Assembly: GCF_018977255.1 (NCBI RefSeq)
Contig: NW_024704759.1
Coordinates: 9,672,001 to 9,736,000, forward strand
DNA length: 64,000 bases
Source: Callorhinchus milii
Taxonomy: Eukaryota
Direction: 5' to 3'
Shown here: positions 1 to 11,596 of the stretch, piece after piece
How positions within the stretch are numbered: the stretch's first letter is position 1
Layout of the letters: every line of letters begins with the position of its first letter
The notes under the pieces: generated by a model
What the model was told of the DNA's origin: nothing
The model's database searches: none
Seen by the model: only the letters and a program-made list of their open reading frames with translations
Program-made: the position numbers and the translations under genes

Positions 1-144
1 TTGACCGTGTATTTTGTGGGTGAAACAAGAAGCCTGACAGTCTCAAAGGAAGAGTCAGAACTCTTCGCAAACAAACACTGGCACACATGGATATTTGAGG
101 TCCAAGTATAGATTACAAAGTGATCAACTTCCCAATGCTTTTAG

Positions 145-171
145 GTGATCTTGCACCTGTATGGACACGAG
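145..171 (+). other. Candidate 27-nt microexon
   Basis: Flanked by ctttTAG acceptor and GAG|GTGAGT donor. Length is a multiple of 3; reads VILHLYGHE (phase 0) or DLAPVWTR (phase 1). No homology recognised. Confidence 0.2.
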
Positions 172-684
172 GTGAGTTTATTGGGCCCAATTGAAATGCT
201 CTTCTGCCCATAGTCAACGAGCCTGTGGACCCTCACTGACTGATTGAAAATGACCGGAGGATGTGGAATTATATCCCCCTGTGAGTCAGGGCTGAGAGGA
301 AAGGAGGTAATTAGTTAAGGAAAGGTTTTAATTCACCATAAAATAGTGATTGAACCTTGGCTCATCCAAGACTAGTTGGTCAGCACCACACCTGACAGAT
401 CCTTTTCTGTTTGTCCATCTGTGGAGCTCAAATCTTCTCTGCGAACGTCTTGAGGTCAGTTGTATCATCCTCAGACATTCCCTGTCGGCATGCAGATTGG
501 GAACAAGTGGGAGTCTGATCCTTAAGCCAAACTGGAAACATTTGGAAAAACCTTCATGGATCTGATTGACCCCAGTTTGGATAGATTGTCAGTTGAAGTT
601 CACTCCTGATTCAACCACCTGTGAAATTGGACTCCTGGATTGCTTTTTATCAGCAAGCTTACATGTATTGTCATGTTACCTTAG

Positions 685-756
685 CAGAACTTGATTCAGC
701 AGAAATTGCTGTTGCTGCATGACTATGTAATGAGGACTTGTCGTTATCATCTGCAG
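685..756 (+). other. Candidate internal exon
   Basis: TAGCAG (NAGNAG) acceptor at 682-687, open frame QNLIQQKLLLLHDYVMRTCRYHLQ, donor CAG|GTAAAT at 757. Not recognised as a known protein. Confidence 0.15.
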
Positions 757-770
757 GTAAATACTAGATA

Positions 771-808
771 TTTTTATAAATTTTATAAAGTTTTTATAAA
801 TTTACAAA
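771..808. repeat. Short tandem of the palindromic unit TTTATAAA (x3)
   Basis: tttttataaa ttttataaag tttttataaa tttacaaa. Confidence 0.7.
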
Positions 809-991
809 TGCTAGAGTGGAGGCACAATGATCCAAATTTATGTACTTTTAAAGTGAACAGACACTTTAGATTCTGAGTGTAAATTTGCTTTACAATAACA
901 ATTGCTGTACGTAGGTCTTTTACACGTGCACAATACCCTCAAGTAGTAGTACCAGTAATAGTTGTTGAAATCTGATATACTCTACTGTCAG

Positions 992-1136
992 CAGGACTCC
1001 ATTTGAAGTAGCTTTGCTCAACTTCCACAAGGCTTCCACTGATATTTTTCAACTTGTAAGCCGGAAGATACAGAGAAGTTTGAATGAAATATTTAACACA
1101 CTTCCCACGTGTTGCAGGAAGAAGAAAAAGTCCTGA
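992..1136 (+). CDS. Candidate terminal coding exon of an unidentified gene (..TPFEVALLNFHKASTDIFQLVSRKIQRSLNEIFNTLPTCCRKKKKS*)
   Basis: CAGCAG acceptor at 989-994 with a CTGAT branch-like motif upstream; 46 open codons (996-1133) ending TGA 1134-1136; amphipathic-helix-like peptide with a CC+polybasic end; U-rich, UTR-like sequence follows. Protein not identified. Confidence 0.3.
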
Positions 1137-2139
1137 AATTCTGAGGGAAGGAGATTCTTGTACGAGTTATCAGACAAACGGGCTCTCATTGTAATACTTC
1201 GAAACTAGGCAGGAGCAGGAAACTGAATGTTGCTGCTTTTTTAAGTGAGAAATGAGGGAAAATGCAACACTGCCCTATGTGCTTTCAAGAAGAACTGAGA
1301 CTTAATGTTTTAGTAAGGATAAATCACTTGCTTTGGACTTTGTGATTGATTTTGTATGCTTACAAAACATTGGTTGATGTTTTTATCTTTCGCTTGAAAT
1401 GAAGTTAGTCTGCACAACTTCAGATCTGTGTATAATAGCCACTATTTGGAGAGAGTTTACTATTATGGCCATGACTGTGTTTAAAAATCACTGTGCAGAA
1501 TAATTGGTGTGGGGTCATTATTAAACCCTTGGGCAATGTTTGCAAGGGCAGTAAAGTGATACAGCATGGATTGCTCGGCTGCAACGGAATGGGGATTTCA
1601 CTTGTATGAATTGTTCCAAGTGTTACCAGAAGTAACCGTACTAAGATCTTGCAAACGGTAGCGCTGATGTAATTGAACGGTTTTGGTGGGTTATGTACAA
1701 ACAATGGAAATCAAAATCTGGACTTTTCAACTACGGGTACTTGCTCAAGGCTTTAATTCCTCTTTAAATTAAGATTCCTAGCTGTTTGCATGTTACTATA
1801 ACTTGTGATTTCTCTTCTCATTTGATGAGACTGGGAAGTGCTTAAGCCTACTGTCAGGTGTAAATTGGATTCATGCCATTACCAGCCCTACCGCTGGCTT
1901 CTTACAGGAAAATCTCACCATAGTTTTTTGATGGTGAAGTGCCTTTATACCTTGACGCTACTATTCTCACTGACAATCTTGATAAATCTACTCCCCAAAC
2001 AACTGAACAGAAATGGTAACACAAAAGAACTTTACAATTATAATAGAAGTTTAGAAATAAGGCCAGAGGAAAATAATTTTTTAGTTAATTTTATGTAGTC
2101 AATATTTATTAATTTCATGTAATGATGAAATTAACCGAT

Positions 2140-2403
2140 TGTATCTATGGTGTATCATGTCAAAACATCTCAAAGCACTTCACAGAGTTTTGTGTGAAGT
2201 GTAGTGACTGTGTATTTGTAGATGAACATTGCAGAGAATTTTCGTACAACAGTGTATCACAATCGGCCATGAATGACCAATTGTTTTTTTAACTCGGGGA
2301 TTATTGGCCGGGGGCCTGGGAGAAACTCCCTTCTCATTTTGAATAGGTCCATGAGATTGTTAAAGTGACCTCAGTTTAATGTTTCATCTGAAGGACGGCA
2401 CCT
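2140..2403 (-). mobile_element. Old DeuSINE (SacSINE1/AmnSINE1-like) fragment
   Basis: Reverse complement contains AGGTGCCGTCCTTCAGATGAAACATTAAACTGAGG (Deu domain) and the tail GAAGTGCTTTGAGATG. Confidence 0.75.
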
Positions 2404-2407
2404 TCTC

Positions 2408-2443
2408 TCCACCCCCCTGCCCCCACCCCCCTGCCCCCACCCC
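2408..2443. repeat. C-rich tandem duplication (potential G-quadruplex on the minus strand)
   Basis: ccacccccctgccccc unit repeated twice plus extra C-runs. Confidence 0.6.
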
Positions 2444-3039
2444 GGGCACTGCATTGATGTTTACTGTAAGTACCCAACCTAGAAAGAGATGTAATTAAAA
2501 CTTAATCAGTACCATCTGACATTAATGAGAATACAATGACTATCCCTTTTCCCTGCTCCACTGTAACTCACTGAATGTGTTTGAATAGATAATCCAGTAA
2601 TAATTTCCAGTTGCCCTTTATCTCTTTGCTTGGCAGAATACCACTGATACCTGCTTTGTTTTTGTAATTGACTAAATTACCCTCCCAGCATGTCCTCTGC
2701 AGAGTGTCTGATTAACTATTAGGACTCACCCAGCTGGACAACAAAATCGATGAATGGCCAGCGCAGATGTTAATGGTAAGCTTAATATCCCTTTGTATAT
2801 CAAAGCCTTTGTTCCTGTACATTTTTATTCCCACCATAGAACCACGCTACTTTCACTCAAACATAAAGCACCTTTATTGTGAATGTTCTGGATATCCCAC
2901 AATTATCATAGGCAGACGGGTATCCCTCACTCACAATACTTTTTTTAAAAAAAAAAGTATCTTGCAGTTTTAGTAAGATTTGCTTTGCTTTTGAATTGAA
3001 CGATTAGGCAAGACTCGTGTTTGTTGTAGCTTCTCAGTG

Positions 3040-3340
3040 GAATATTGGACAGCATTAGCTTCAATATACTTGGCCAGAGTGAAAGCTGTATTTTTCAGCA
3101 ATAACAAAAGGCTGGTGTTCTCTGAATGACGTGACGATTGAGTGACCTTTGACCTCTCCAGTTGAAGTGGCAGTATTGCTAATGTGCTCTAAGGGTATGA
3201 TAAAACATAGATAATGCTTACATTTTCGGGCTAAATATTAAGCGGCAAAATACCATCCAGCGGATTACAAAGGGCCACAAATGTCTGCTATGCTTGAAGC
3301 CGCTTTTTAAGTACAGCATTAGAATCCATTTGGAAATTCT
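3040..3340. promoter_or_regulatory. Candidate conserved enhancer with DR1 nuclear-receptor element
   Basis: Perfect TGACCTTTGACCT (DR1) at 3143-3155, CRE-like TGACGTGA at 3127-3134, repeat-free sequence. Confidence 0.4.
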
Positions 3341-4018
3341 CGAAACAAAATTTTACTTCTGTTATCCTCTGAAACTATTTGTTGAATGTAATTACTTTAA
3401 GTTTCAATTTAATATTTTACAAATTGTGTCAATTCCAGTCGGTAACACCTAATAAAGCCATGCCCATTTTGCTCGGGCTTTTCAGCAAGGTTCTGTTTGA
3501 CTTGATTTACCACTTGCCAGCTAAGGAGTTGCTTTCTTATCAGTTTTGAATGTTGGAATTGTTTATTCCTGTCAGATTTGATTTGCAGTTTTGGACACTC
3601 CAGGGAATTGGGTCCATAAATAGTGTTGCTTTTTAATTTGTTTCAATAAGTAACTTGGAGTGTGTATTGTGATTTTTTTTTTGGAATCTTGTATCATTAA
3701 CGTACAGTGTAATGTTTTTAAAAATGAATGTTACTGCCTGGTCAGTAATGAAAATGTCACTCTCAATTGGTAGATCTTTTGCATATGAGAACATGGCTTT
3801 GGAATGCTTCAGCCCGTTACCATTTTGGATTGTTGGATTTAATGTTTTATTGTAAGGTTTGCACTATACAGTGATCTGAATGCTTACAAGTTTTTGTTCC
3901 AAAATTCTGTTGATGGTTTGGATGGTAAGATTCACTTCTCCAGCAGGGCAGAGTTTGCATCATGCAGGAAGATCGGACACTCAGCAGAAAAAATAAATCT
4001 GCAATCATTCTGAACTAA

Positions 4019-4450
4019 GGATGGCTCAGTTATTCGTACTGTTGTCACTGTGACAGAAAGTTGTGAGTTCAAGCATCTCATCAGGACTCTGCGCTCATAA
4101 TGTAGGCTGACAATCCATTGTGTGCTGGGGGAAACATTGTCAGAGGTGCCGTCTTTCAGGCGAGACGTTAAACCATTGCCCCCGTTTGCCTGTTCAAGTG
4201 TTCATTAAAGATCCCACTATTTGCAAAGCGATGGGAGTTTCTCTCATTGCTCTGGTCACCAATTCTCTCAATCTTTTTTCCCCCCCACAAAATAAGTCAT
4301 TCCCGCCCTGCCTGCTTGTGGGACACTGCTGCGTGCAAACTGGCTGCTGTGTTTGCCTGCAAAGTACAAGGTTTACATTACGTCCTGTGGAGCGCTTTGA
4401 GACTTTTCCATGACTTGATAAGATATCAAATGCAAGGAATATTATAATTA
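4019..4450 (+). mobile_element. Near full-length old DeuSINE (SacSINE1-like)
   Basis: tRNA-like head (TGGCTCAGTT...GAGTTCAAGC), Deu core GAGGTGCCGTCTTTCAGGCGAGACGTTAAACC...AAAGATCCCA, GTGGGACACTGCTGCGTGCAAACTGGCTGC, tail ATATCAAATGCAAGGAATATTAT. Confidence 0.85.
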
Positions 4451-4509
4451 AATAGGTCACTAATCACTAGATTATTGCTGTACATGCAATGTGAAAATCG
4501 AGACATCCA

Positions 4510-4685
4510 ACCCATGAAGGTGCCGATTTCGAGCTCCGGTCTGTATTGAGTTATCTGATTTCAACTGGGGCAACAGGAGCTCTGGGACGCTACCCTGTGT
4601 GAGGGGCCCTATATAAATACAAGTTGTTGTTGTTGATTGAGTGTTACTGCAATTGTCCTCCGTGCCCTGGTAGAGGGAATAAGCA
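4510..4685 (+). mobile_element. UCON3-like SINE fragment interrupted by an L2 3' tail (about 4579-4633)
   Basis: GGTCTGTATTGAGTTATCTGATTTCAACTGGGGCA ... GCAATTGTCCTCCGTGCCCTGG split by GCTCTGGGACGCTACCCTGTGTGAGGGGCCCTATATAAATACAA(GTT)4. Confidence 0.6.
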
Positions 4686-4916
4686 GATCTAGTGTTTGTG
4701 TGGGTTAGTTTCATCAACTGATCCACTGTGGCAGCCCACATTTTGACAGTAAATGTGTTTGTAATCTCATTCCTCTCATTGCCTCTGTATTTGACAGCTC
4801 CGATAGAACTTGACATAAATTGGGTCACTAAAGGATACGTACTTATCAGAAAGTATCTGGAATCTCCCTCTGACTGCACTCCTCCATTAGATTACTGCTT
4901 GGTAATCACTACCAGC

Positions 4917-5150
4917 ATTAGCCTGACCTCAATAATTGGAAAAATGACTGAGTCAATCATCAGAAAGAAAATGGAAGGTTACTTGTTAAAATAATCTAAT
5001 AAATGACAGCCAACATGGGTTCAGAAAGGATAGGTCTTGTCTGACCAACGTCATAGAATATTTTGAAGAGGTAGCAGTCCAAATTAACTATGAGAAGCCA
5101 TAACATGTAGTCTATCTAAACTTCCAAAAAGTATTTGAGAAAGGACCATG
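4917..5150 (+). mobile_element. Decayed CR1 LINE reverse-transcriptase fragment
   Basis: With one frameshift and a stop it translates ISLTSIIGKMTESIIRKKMEGYLL..NLINDSQHGFRKDRSCLTNVIEYFEEV..VVYLNFQKVFEK. These are the CR1 RT motifs SLTSxxGK, QHGFxKxRSCLTN and YLDFxKAFDK. Confidence 0.9.
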
Positions 5151-5474
5151 TGTGGAAACCTGGCTTCCAAATTATGATGACTTTAATAATTTCCAGAAAT
5201 CTGAATGATCTGACATTTTAGGGTTAAGACTGTGGAGAATTTTGTGTCTTGGACTCCTCCATGTGGGAGAAGATCATTACGTATTTAAACTTTCCCTATT
5301 CTGCTTCTATTAAGTCCTCCACTAATAGCTGGATGAAGGAGGGCAGATGACAGGATATCCTGTGTGTGAAAGTGCTCAGTGCTCTTGCACATCCGGTGAA
5401 AAGCTCCCATTATTTTATCCTTAAGCTAGTTTTGACCCATCTAAATGACTTTGGTTTTGATCAGCAAGAACTTG

Positions 5475-5818
5475 ATTTTATGGTGTCAAAATGTCTCAAC
5501 GAACTTGACAGTAATAAGACAATATTATTATGTAACCATTTTACAGATAAGGTCCCACAAACGGGTCCCACAAACAGCCACAAGGTGAGTGGCCAATATA
5601 TCTGGAGAATTGATGACCAAGACCTAGGATGAAAGTCCCATGGGATCTTTAATTTTAAATCTCCTGAAAAACGAGCCAAAGGGACAAACGTCATATTTGA
5701 TGATACAACATTCTTCCAGTGTTAAGTTGGAGGGTCTGCCTAGACTGTGTGAGCTCAAGTCGCAGTGTGAAGTCACAACATTCTGATCTAGAGGCAAGAG
5801 TTCTACCAGCCGAGCCAA
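5475..5818 (-). mobile_element. Old DeuSINE (SacSINE1-like), near full-length
   Basis: Reverse-complement head GGCTCGGCTGGTAGAACTCTTGCCTCTAGATCAGAA, AAAGATCCCATGG, GGCTGTTTGTGGGACC; internal 12-bp duplication ggtcccacaaac. Confidence 0.7.
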
Positions 5819-6154
5819 GCGTTGACCTGGAATCTCCTTTGCTCTCGATCTTGCCACATTTCAAAACCAACAAGAACATAGCAATCAATTTTGGAGAGTA
5901 GAGTGCTGAAAATATAACAAGCATAGAATATGCATCCTGGGAGAAATGTAGAAATCTATGATGGGTCAATTCGATTTTACCCTGTAGAAATATACTGCAC
6001 CAACGATTGGTACCTTCCTTCAGGGTCAGTGTTGGAGTCTTTGCATCTGACGTGTCCTCCCATGATCATAAAACCCAGTGCAGTTCAGCAAAGATTATGG
6101 TTGGGCCTCACTGTGCTGCCTTGGTGCAGGAGTTAAAATGATACACCTCAGATT

Positions 6155-6510
6155 TCATAAAATCTGTCACTACACTTCCTAATTAGTTATCCCGTGAAGT
6201 GCATGAAGCATTAATTCTGCGGCTGGTGTAATTCAAATCCCCTGTTCATCTGTGAAGCTGTGTTTACTTGAAGATATTAATCGCTCCAAAAGACCTGAGA
6301 TGTGATGGTGCTGCCACAGCTTAATGGAGCAGATAGATTTAAGATGCTTTCACACCGCCCCTTCCGATGAAATCTGACACTCCTTAAAATGTATCATCCT
6401 TTGTCACCGTTTAATGGTTTAATGAAGCATGCAGTTTATAATTTAGTTGCTGGCCGCTATTCATTTGGAAAGGACAATAATTGGAAAGACACAATGCAAC
6501 ATCTTGTCTG
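6155..6510. promoter_or_regulatory. Candidate conserved non-coding element
   Basis: Repeat-free; dense in TAATTA/TTAATGG homeodomain, TGTTTAC forkhead, TGTCA/TGACA MEIS and ACAAT SOX motifs. Confidence 0.4.
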
Positions 6511-7038
6511 CATCAGTTTTTTTTTGAATTCCTACCTTTTGTTTGATTTTGATAGTGGAATGGGAGGCTTTACATTTATTCCCGACCATCTGCTTATCAT
6601 TATTTAACCTCATTTAGTATCTGCTTCTGAGAGGCTGGTACTTGTGTAATCGCCTGCAGTTCTGCTTGTTTTCAAGTTGATTTGATTTTGTTGACTTGCT
6701 TTCAATTTATAAAACGACAACCAGCTTTGCAATCTTGCTGAGTTGAACTTTATTTTTTTAAGAAACTTTTTGAGGATGGTTTAAGAGTACGTGGGTTTAG
6801 GAGGGCTCTGTATTCTCCTGATGTTTAATTTGATGCATCCCAAACTTTCTGGGCTTCCTGGTTGATCTTGTTTTCTAAAGGGAGCAATGGGAGTTTTTAG
6901 TTCTTGAAAGGCAGCATTATTATGTTGACAGTTGTATGTATACTGTAATTATATTTTTAATGTAATTGTATTTCTATCTCAAAATGCCACTTAAAGCACA
7001 TAGAAAACATTTGCTAGGCGTAGTGATCAGAGCAGGTT

Positions 7039-7277
7039 GGCACAAATCCCACCTGGTCTTAACATGTAAGAACATATTGTTTTAATATTTATCATTACTC
7101 AGAATTGTGAAAAAATTCCTAACTTCAGTGCTTTCTTTTGGAAGCTGTTTTTTCCTCAAATCTTAAAATGAGCCGGCTTCCAAATTAAGGCTGAATCTAA
7201 AATATTTTTCACAATTCTGGATAATTTCAAATTTCAAGACGAAACAGTCTGGAGCCTAAGACCAGATGGAATTCTGC
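7039..7277. mobile_element. Palindromic MITE-like / hairpin repeat
   Basis: Nested inverted arms: 7039-7062 vs 7256-7277; perfect 15-bp CAGAATTGTGAAAAA (7100-7114) vs TTTTTCACAATTCTG (7205-7219); TTGGAAGC vs GCTTCCAA. Second copy at 55780-55958. Confidence 0.7.
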
Positions 7278-7937
7278 TACTTTATTCCATGGCACAGATT
7301 ACTGGTAACTGAACCATTAGCAACCTGACTGTTGCAAACGTCCCCTGTGTTCTCCACCCCATAAACACAATTTAAATAATTTTGGTTCAAGAAAGCCAAG
7401 TTTATTTGACATACAGCAACAAATGCAAGATGTACAAGATAATTACATTCACAAAAAGAAGCCGTTGATTCTAAAATATTGCAATTTCTAATGGGATTCC
7501 CCAGTAATATCTTGATTTGCAAATGTGTGGACACTTTCTGCTAACCAAAGTATGTCTCTCTGATCTGGAGGAACTCCTCATTAACGTACGCAGTGTCAAT
7601 CTTGATCAATTGTGCTGCAGAATAACTTACTCGTGTTGTCATGTAAAGTTGCTTATTGTGGGCTGACTTAAAACCTGCTCAGAATACTCAAAGTATTACT
7701 TCCCACCAGAAGATAGCTTTTGAATTTGAGATCTCAGGGCATTACAAGTGGCCCCCATTAATCCCAGTCGAGGGAAAAAAGTAAAAGAAAATCAGTCAAC
7801 GTTCCCATTCCTGATCGCTGTGCAGTCAGTGTTTGTTATAATTAATTTTCTTTCTTTTCTTTAAAGGTTTTCTCCGCTACACTATCCACCAACTCGGGTG
7901 ACACTCCAGGCTCTTCAAGTAAAGTATTATAGTTGAT

Positions 7938-8265
7938 CATTATAATCCTTGCATTTTGATATAACCCCTTATCACCCCGTCAAGATTTCTCAAAGCACTT
8001 GACAGGATTTACTGTAATGTATAGTGATTGTATATTTGTAGGCACACGTAACAGGCAATTTGCACACAGCAGTGTCCCACAATAGCCACAAATTGAATGA
8101 CAAATTTTATTTGGCTTAGGACACTGGGAGAAACTCCCTTCTCTTTGCGAATATTACCATTTAGATCTACAAATATAAAAAATAATCCTTGCATTTGATA
8201 TAGCACTCGATCCCATCTTCGAGGCGTCTTCGCGGAATACGCTGCAGAGTGAATTGACTGTGTTA
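7938..8265 (-). mobile_element. Old DeuSINE 3' half followed by a second SINE tail fragment
   Basis: Two TAATCCTTGCATTT tails (about 7942 and 8184); GGCAATTTGCACACAGCAGTGTCCCACAA Deu motif. Confidence 0.75.
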
Positions 8266-8894
8266 TGGGGGTGAAAAATATGATCCAGAATCTGCTTCAG
8301 AGAGGAGCAGAGACCCCGTCTTCTTCTTAGCCGTGCACTGACGGTGCGGAATCAACCCGGAATTCACTGACTACCCGTTGGGGGTAGCACATTGGCAGCA
8401 CAGAACCACATTGCGCCACTGCTCTGCCTGCTCGCTCCAGTGTACAATGGCATCATCCCCGGAGTTCATGGACATTCCAATTAACTGAAGTATCGGGTTA
8501 AACAAAGCAACATAAAGTTTAAATTAACATGCGACTCCCATGAAGCCCTTTAACCTTTGAAGAACAGACTGTGCTAACTGGAAAGCTTTTAGTACGGTGT
8601 AGGTCACAATTCAAAACAGCCACAGGTGACATGCCTGTGGAACTCTGATCAGCTGGTCTCTGGCCTGAAAGTGAATCAAAAGTTTTGTCTATTACTGACC
8701 GTTTAACATCATGCACCGTAACATCATGTAAGACTGCTAATTTTTTTTAAGATCGATCTATCCAACGTGTGATGTTTTCTTAAAATATGTGTAATGTAGA
8801 GCTCCCTCTCCTGAGTTGCTGTTTTTCATGCATCAGGCTGGGTAATGAGTGTCAACAAACTATGGAGCTGTGGGGGTGTGGGGCAATTGGGTGG

Positions 8895-9040
8895 GTGGGG
8901 TCACAATTAAGGGAGATTCCGTCCTCACCCAATATCTACATGTACACGCACACACATCGCCTTTCAGCAGGATAACGGTTAGGAGCGAGATTCCCCGATT
9001 GTCCTCCTGACGTGAAAGGCGCTATACAAATATAATTTGT
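8895..9040. mobile_element. UCON3-like fragment (-) abutting an L2 3' tail (+, 9001-9040)
   Basis: CCGTCCTCACCCAATATCTACA...TTTCAGCAGG followed by GTCCTCCTGACGTGAAAGGCGCTATACAAAT. Confidence 0.55.
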
Positions 9041-9076
9041 ATTTTATTGATTTTTTTCCTTTGAATTTTAGGGTTA

Positions 9077-9155
9077 TAATAATAATAATCCTTACATTTT
9101 AAATAGCGCCTTATCACATCTTCGAGACGTCTCAAAGCGCTTCACAGAATATATT
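9077..9155 (-). mobile_element. 5'-truncated tRNA-Ala/Deu SINE tail (TCGAA loop)
   Basis: (TAA)n TCCTTACATTT...AGCGCCTTATCACATCTTCGAGACGTCTCAAAGCGCTTCACAG. Confidence 0.85.
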
Positions 9156-10228
9156 GAGGGGTAAGACCTCTTACCCCTGAGAGTGAGTGACTTGACACAT
9201 ATTGAGGATTAAACCTGCATTTTCTATTTTATTACCAGCTAAGGTGAATGTAATGTATGCTGCATGACCAAAAGAGTATCTGCCAGTGCTCAGAAAATGG
9301 GCTTGATGTACCCACGTGCCTTTCGAAACCTGAGTGACTTAACTGATCTGATATTTGGTTTGAAAACTTTTTTTTACTTCAATTCAGAATTGTAGCAAAA
9401 ATAACCTGCATCATGGCCTTTCTCCATATTCCTTCACTTTGGGTGGGGGGTGAGGTCTCGGATTTAATCATTCTTAATGGATGTTTGATACCTGTGCGAC
9501 CTAGCTGAAGCTTGGCAGAGCAAGTGTTGAGAGCAACACTGGAAACATGTACAAGGGTTAAATACACACAACTGTGCTTAGAAAGCCCTTGTAGCATATA
9601 TTTGTTGCTGGCAAACAATAAAGTGGAGATGATGAAGAATTCAATGGAATATCACCACTGGCTTTATTTGCCTTAAGCCAAGAATGTCAGTTTCTTTGTT
9701 CACTATTTTTTTTATCCTCATTAGCACAATGTCGCATAAATCTGTATTCAATGCTTGTTTCCAGTGCAGTCAGGGATTTGCACAATAATGTTGCAGACAT
9801 TTAGAAATGAAGTGCAAAAAAAGAATTGTTTGGTAATGCTCCAGGAAACAAGTTGACTAAACCCTCTCATAAGTGAGATTTCAACCAGTTTGGTGAATAG
9901 CAATTTGCCAATATTGCATAAAAATGAGAAACATTCCTAAATTTCTAGTTTATGCGACTGTTTTGCAGAATTTGCTTGAAATTGGCCCATTCCTGCTTAA
10001 AAAAAACCCTCTGCTATTGCATAGCATAATTGGCTAAATTAATCACTGAAACACACACAGAAAAGATAAGCTATTCATGAACAAATCTGTGAGTGCACAA
10101 TGACTTCATGTAAATGGGGTCAGTGAGGATCAGGCTTTGTCAGTTTCCACATTATTGAGTCCTAAACCTTTTGCAAGAGAATGTCCTTTAGCAGAGGATA
10201 CAACTGGAAACAATATGGGTCCGAAATA

Positions 10229-10299
10229 CTGATTGTCCAGCGCCTTGGGACGTCCTCTCGATGTGAAAGGCGCTATACAAATGTAATTTTGTTGTTGTT
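10229..10299 (+). mobile_element. L2 LINE 3' tail
   Basis: AGCGCCTTGGGACGTCCTCTCGATGTGAAAGGCGCTATACAAATGTAATTTT(GTT)3. Confidence 0.8.
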
Positions 10300-11162
10300 T
10301 AGGACCCAGTATATTCCAACCCAACTATGAGCCTTGGTGATTGGCAATGGGGACACTGGCCTTTAAACCTTGATGGAATAATGGCGTAATTCTGTTGGTT
10401 GTGCAAACCAGGAAAGTATCTGTGGAGACCCTGGTAAAAATGCCTTCCCGAGTTAGTTTCAACGAGGCCATCTGGAGCAGCGCTGAATTTCATAGCAGCA
10501 CACAATTAGTGACCTTTTTCATGGGTTGTTAGGGCTGTACTTCAGTAATTCTTCAGAACAGTCAAACATATGAGGAAAGGCATTTCTTACAATTTTACTG
10601 CTCACATTTGACCCCTTCCTTCACTGGTCAGCTCTGGTCCTGTGTAACTGGATCGGTTTCATTCACAAAATTCCTCGACAGTTTATTGCACGTCAATGTT
10701 TAACTAAAATAGCCGAGGAGGTAGCTGACAATAATCTGGATGGACCTTCAAGAGGGGAAGAGATTTTTTCAAATTGGGGGGCGGGGGGGAATAGTGTGAA
10801 ATTTGAAGTCCGTATGAGATTTCCCGTTAAAGTGATCAGGCTCTCTCTATCTCCATGACATTGCCCGCCTCCAACCGTATCTTACACCAAATGCAGCCGA
10901 ACAACCCTCATATCTGGCACCTAAGTGCAAGTTGTTGACTGACTGGTGTAGCCTTGGTAAAATGGAGGAAAGTGGAAACGGATGTGTGGGGGTAAGTGAG
11001 AAAGGAGGTCAAGAATGATCACTTGTCATTGGCAGGATGTGCACTATAAACCTTTAATGTCATTTTAGATTAGTGGTAAGCATATTGGGATCTAAATTCG
11101 AGTTACTCAATGGGACATTTCTCAATGGTCCCAAGTCACAGATAGCGACTAAAATGTACTCC

Positions 11163-11250
11163 TAATAATAATCCTTGCATTTGATATTACGCCTTATCAT
11201 GTCTTCGAGGTGTTTCAAAGCGCTTCACAGAATATGCTGTAAAGTGTATA
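11163..11250 (-). mobile_element. 5'-truncated SINE tail
   Basis: TAATAATAATCCTTGCATTTGATATTACGCCTTATCATGTCTTCGAGG. Confidence 0.85.
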
Positions 11251-11596
11251 TTTTGTACTTTGAGAGCAACACTTTGTTCATTGTAACATACTTTCGGAAT
11301 TGGGAGGAGTCTGGGATTCAGAGTAGTTATTAAAGCATTTATAAGTAGAAACACTACAATTTTATACTTACTGTTTTATCTCTGTCATTATTATTGTTAC
11401 CCTGTCAAAGTTCTACCATTTTAAAAACATCACGCTCAATTACTCCAATTTACATTTACATATGCAGCTTACATTTACTATCCAGTCATTGATTTGCTGT
11501 CAACAAGTGTGGGAAAATTGTGGTCCTTTGTCAACATATTCGCTAATCTTGTTGACTGATCCCGAAGCTTGTCAACAACGAATCACAAGCTTTACC

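Noticed and set aside
654-756. In-frame TGA in QAYMYCHV..AAULCNED read as selenocysteine
   Set aside because: No selenoprotein motif and no SECIS identified
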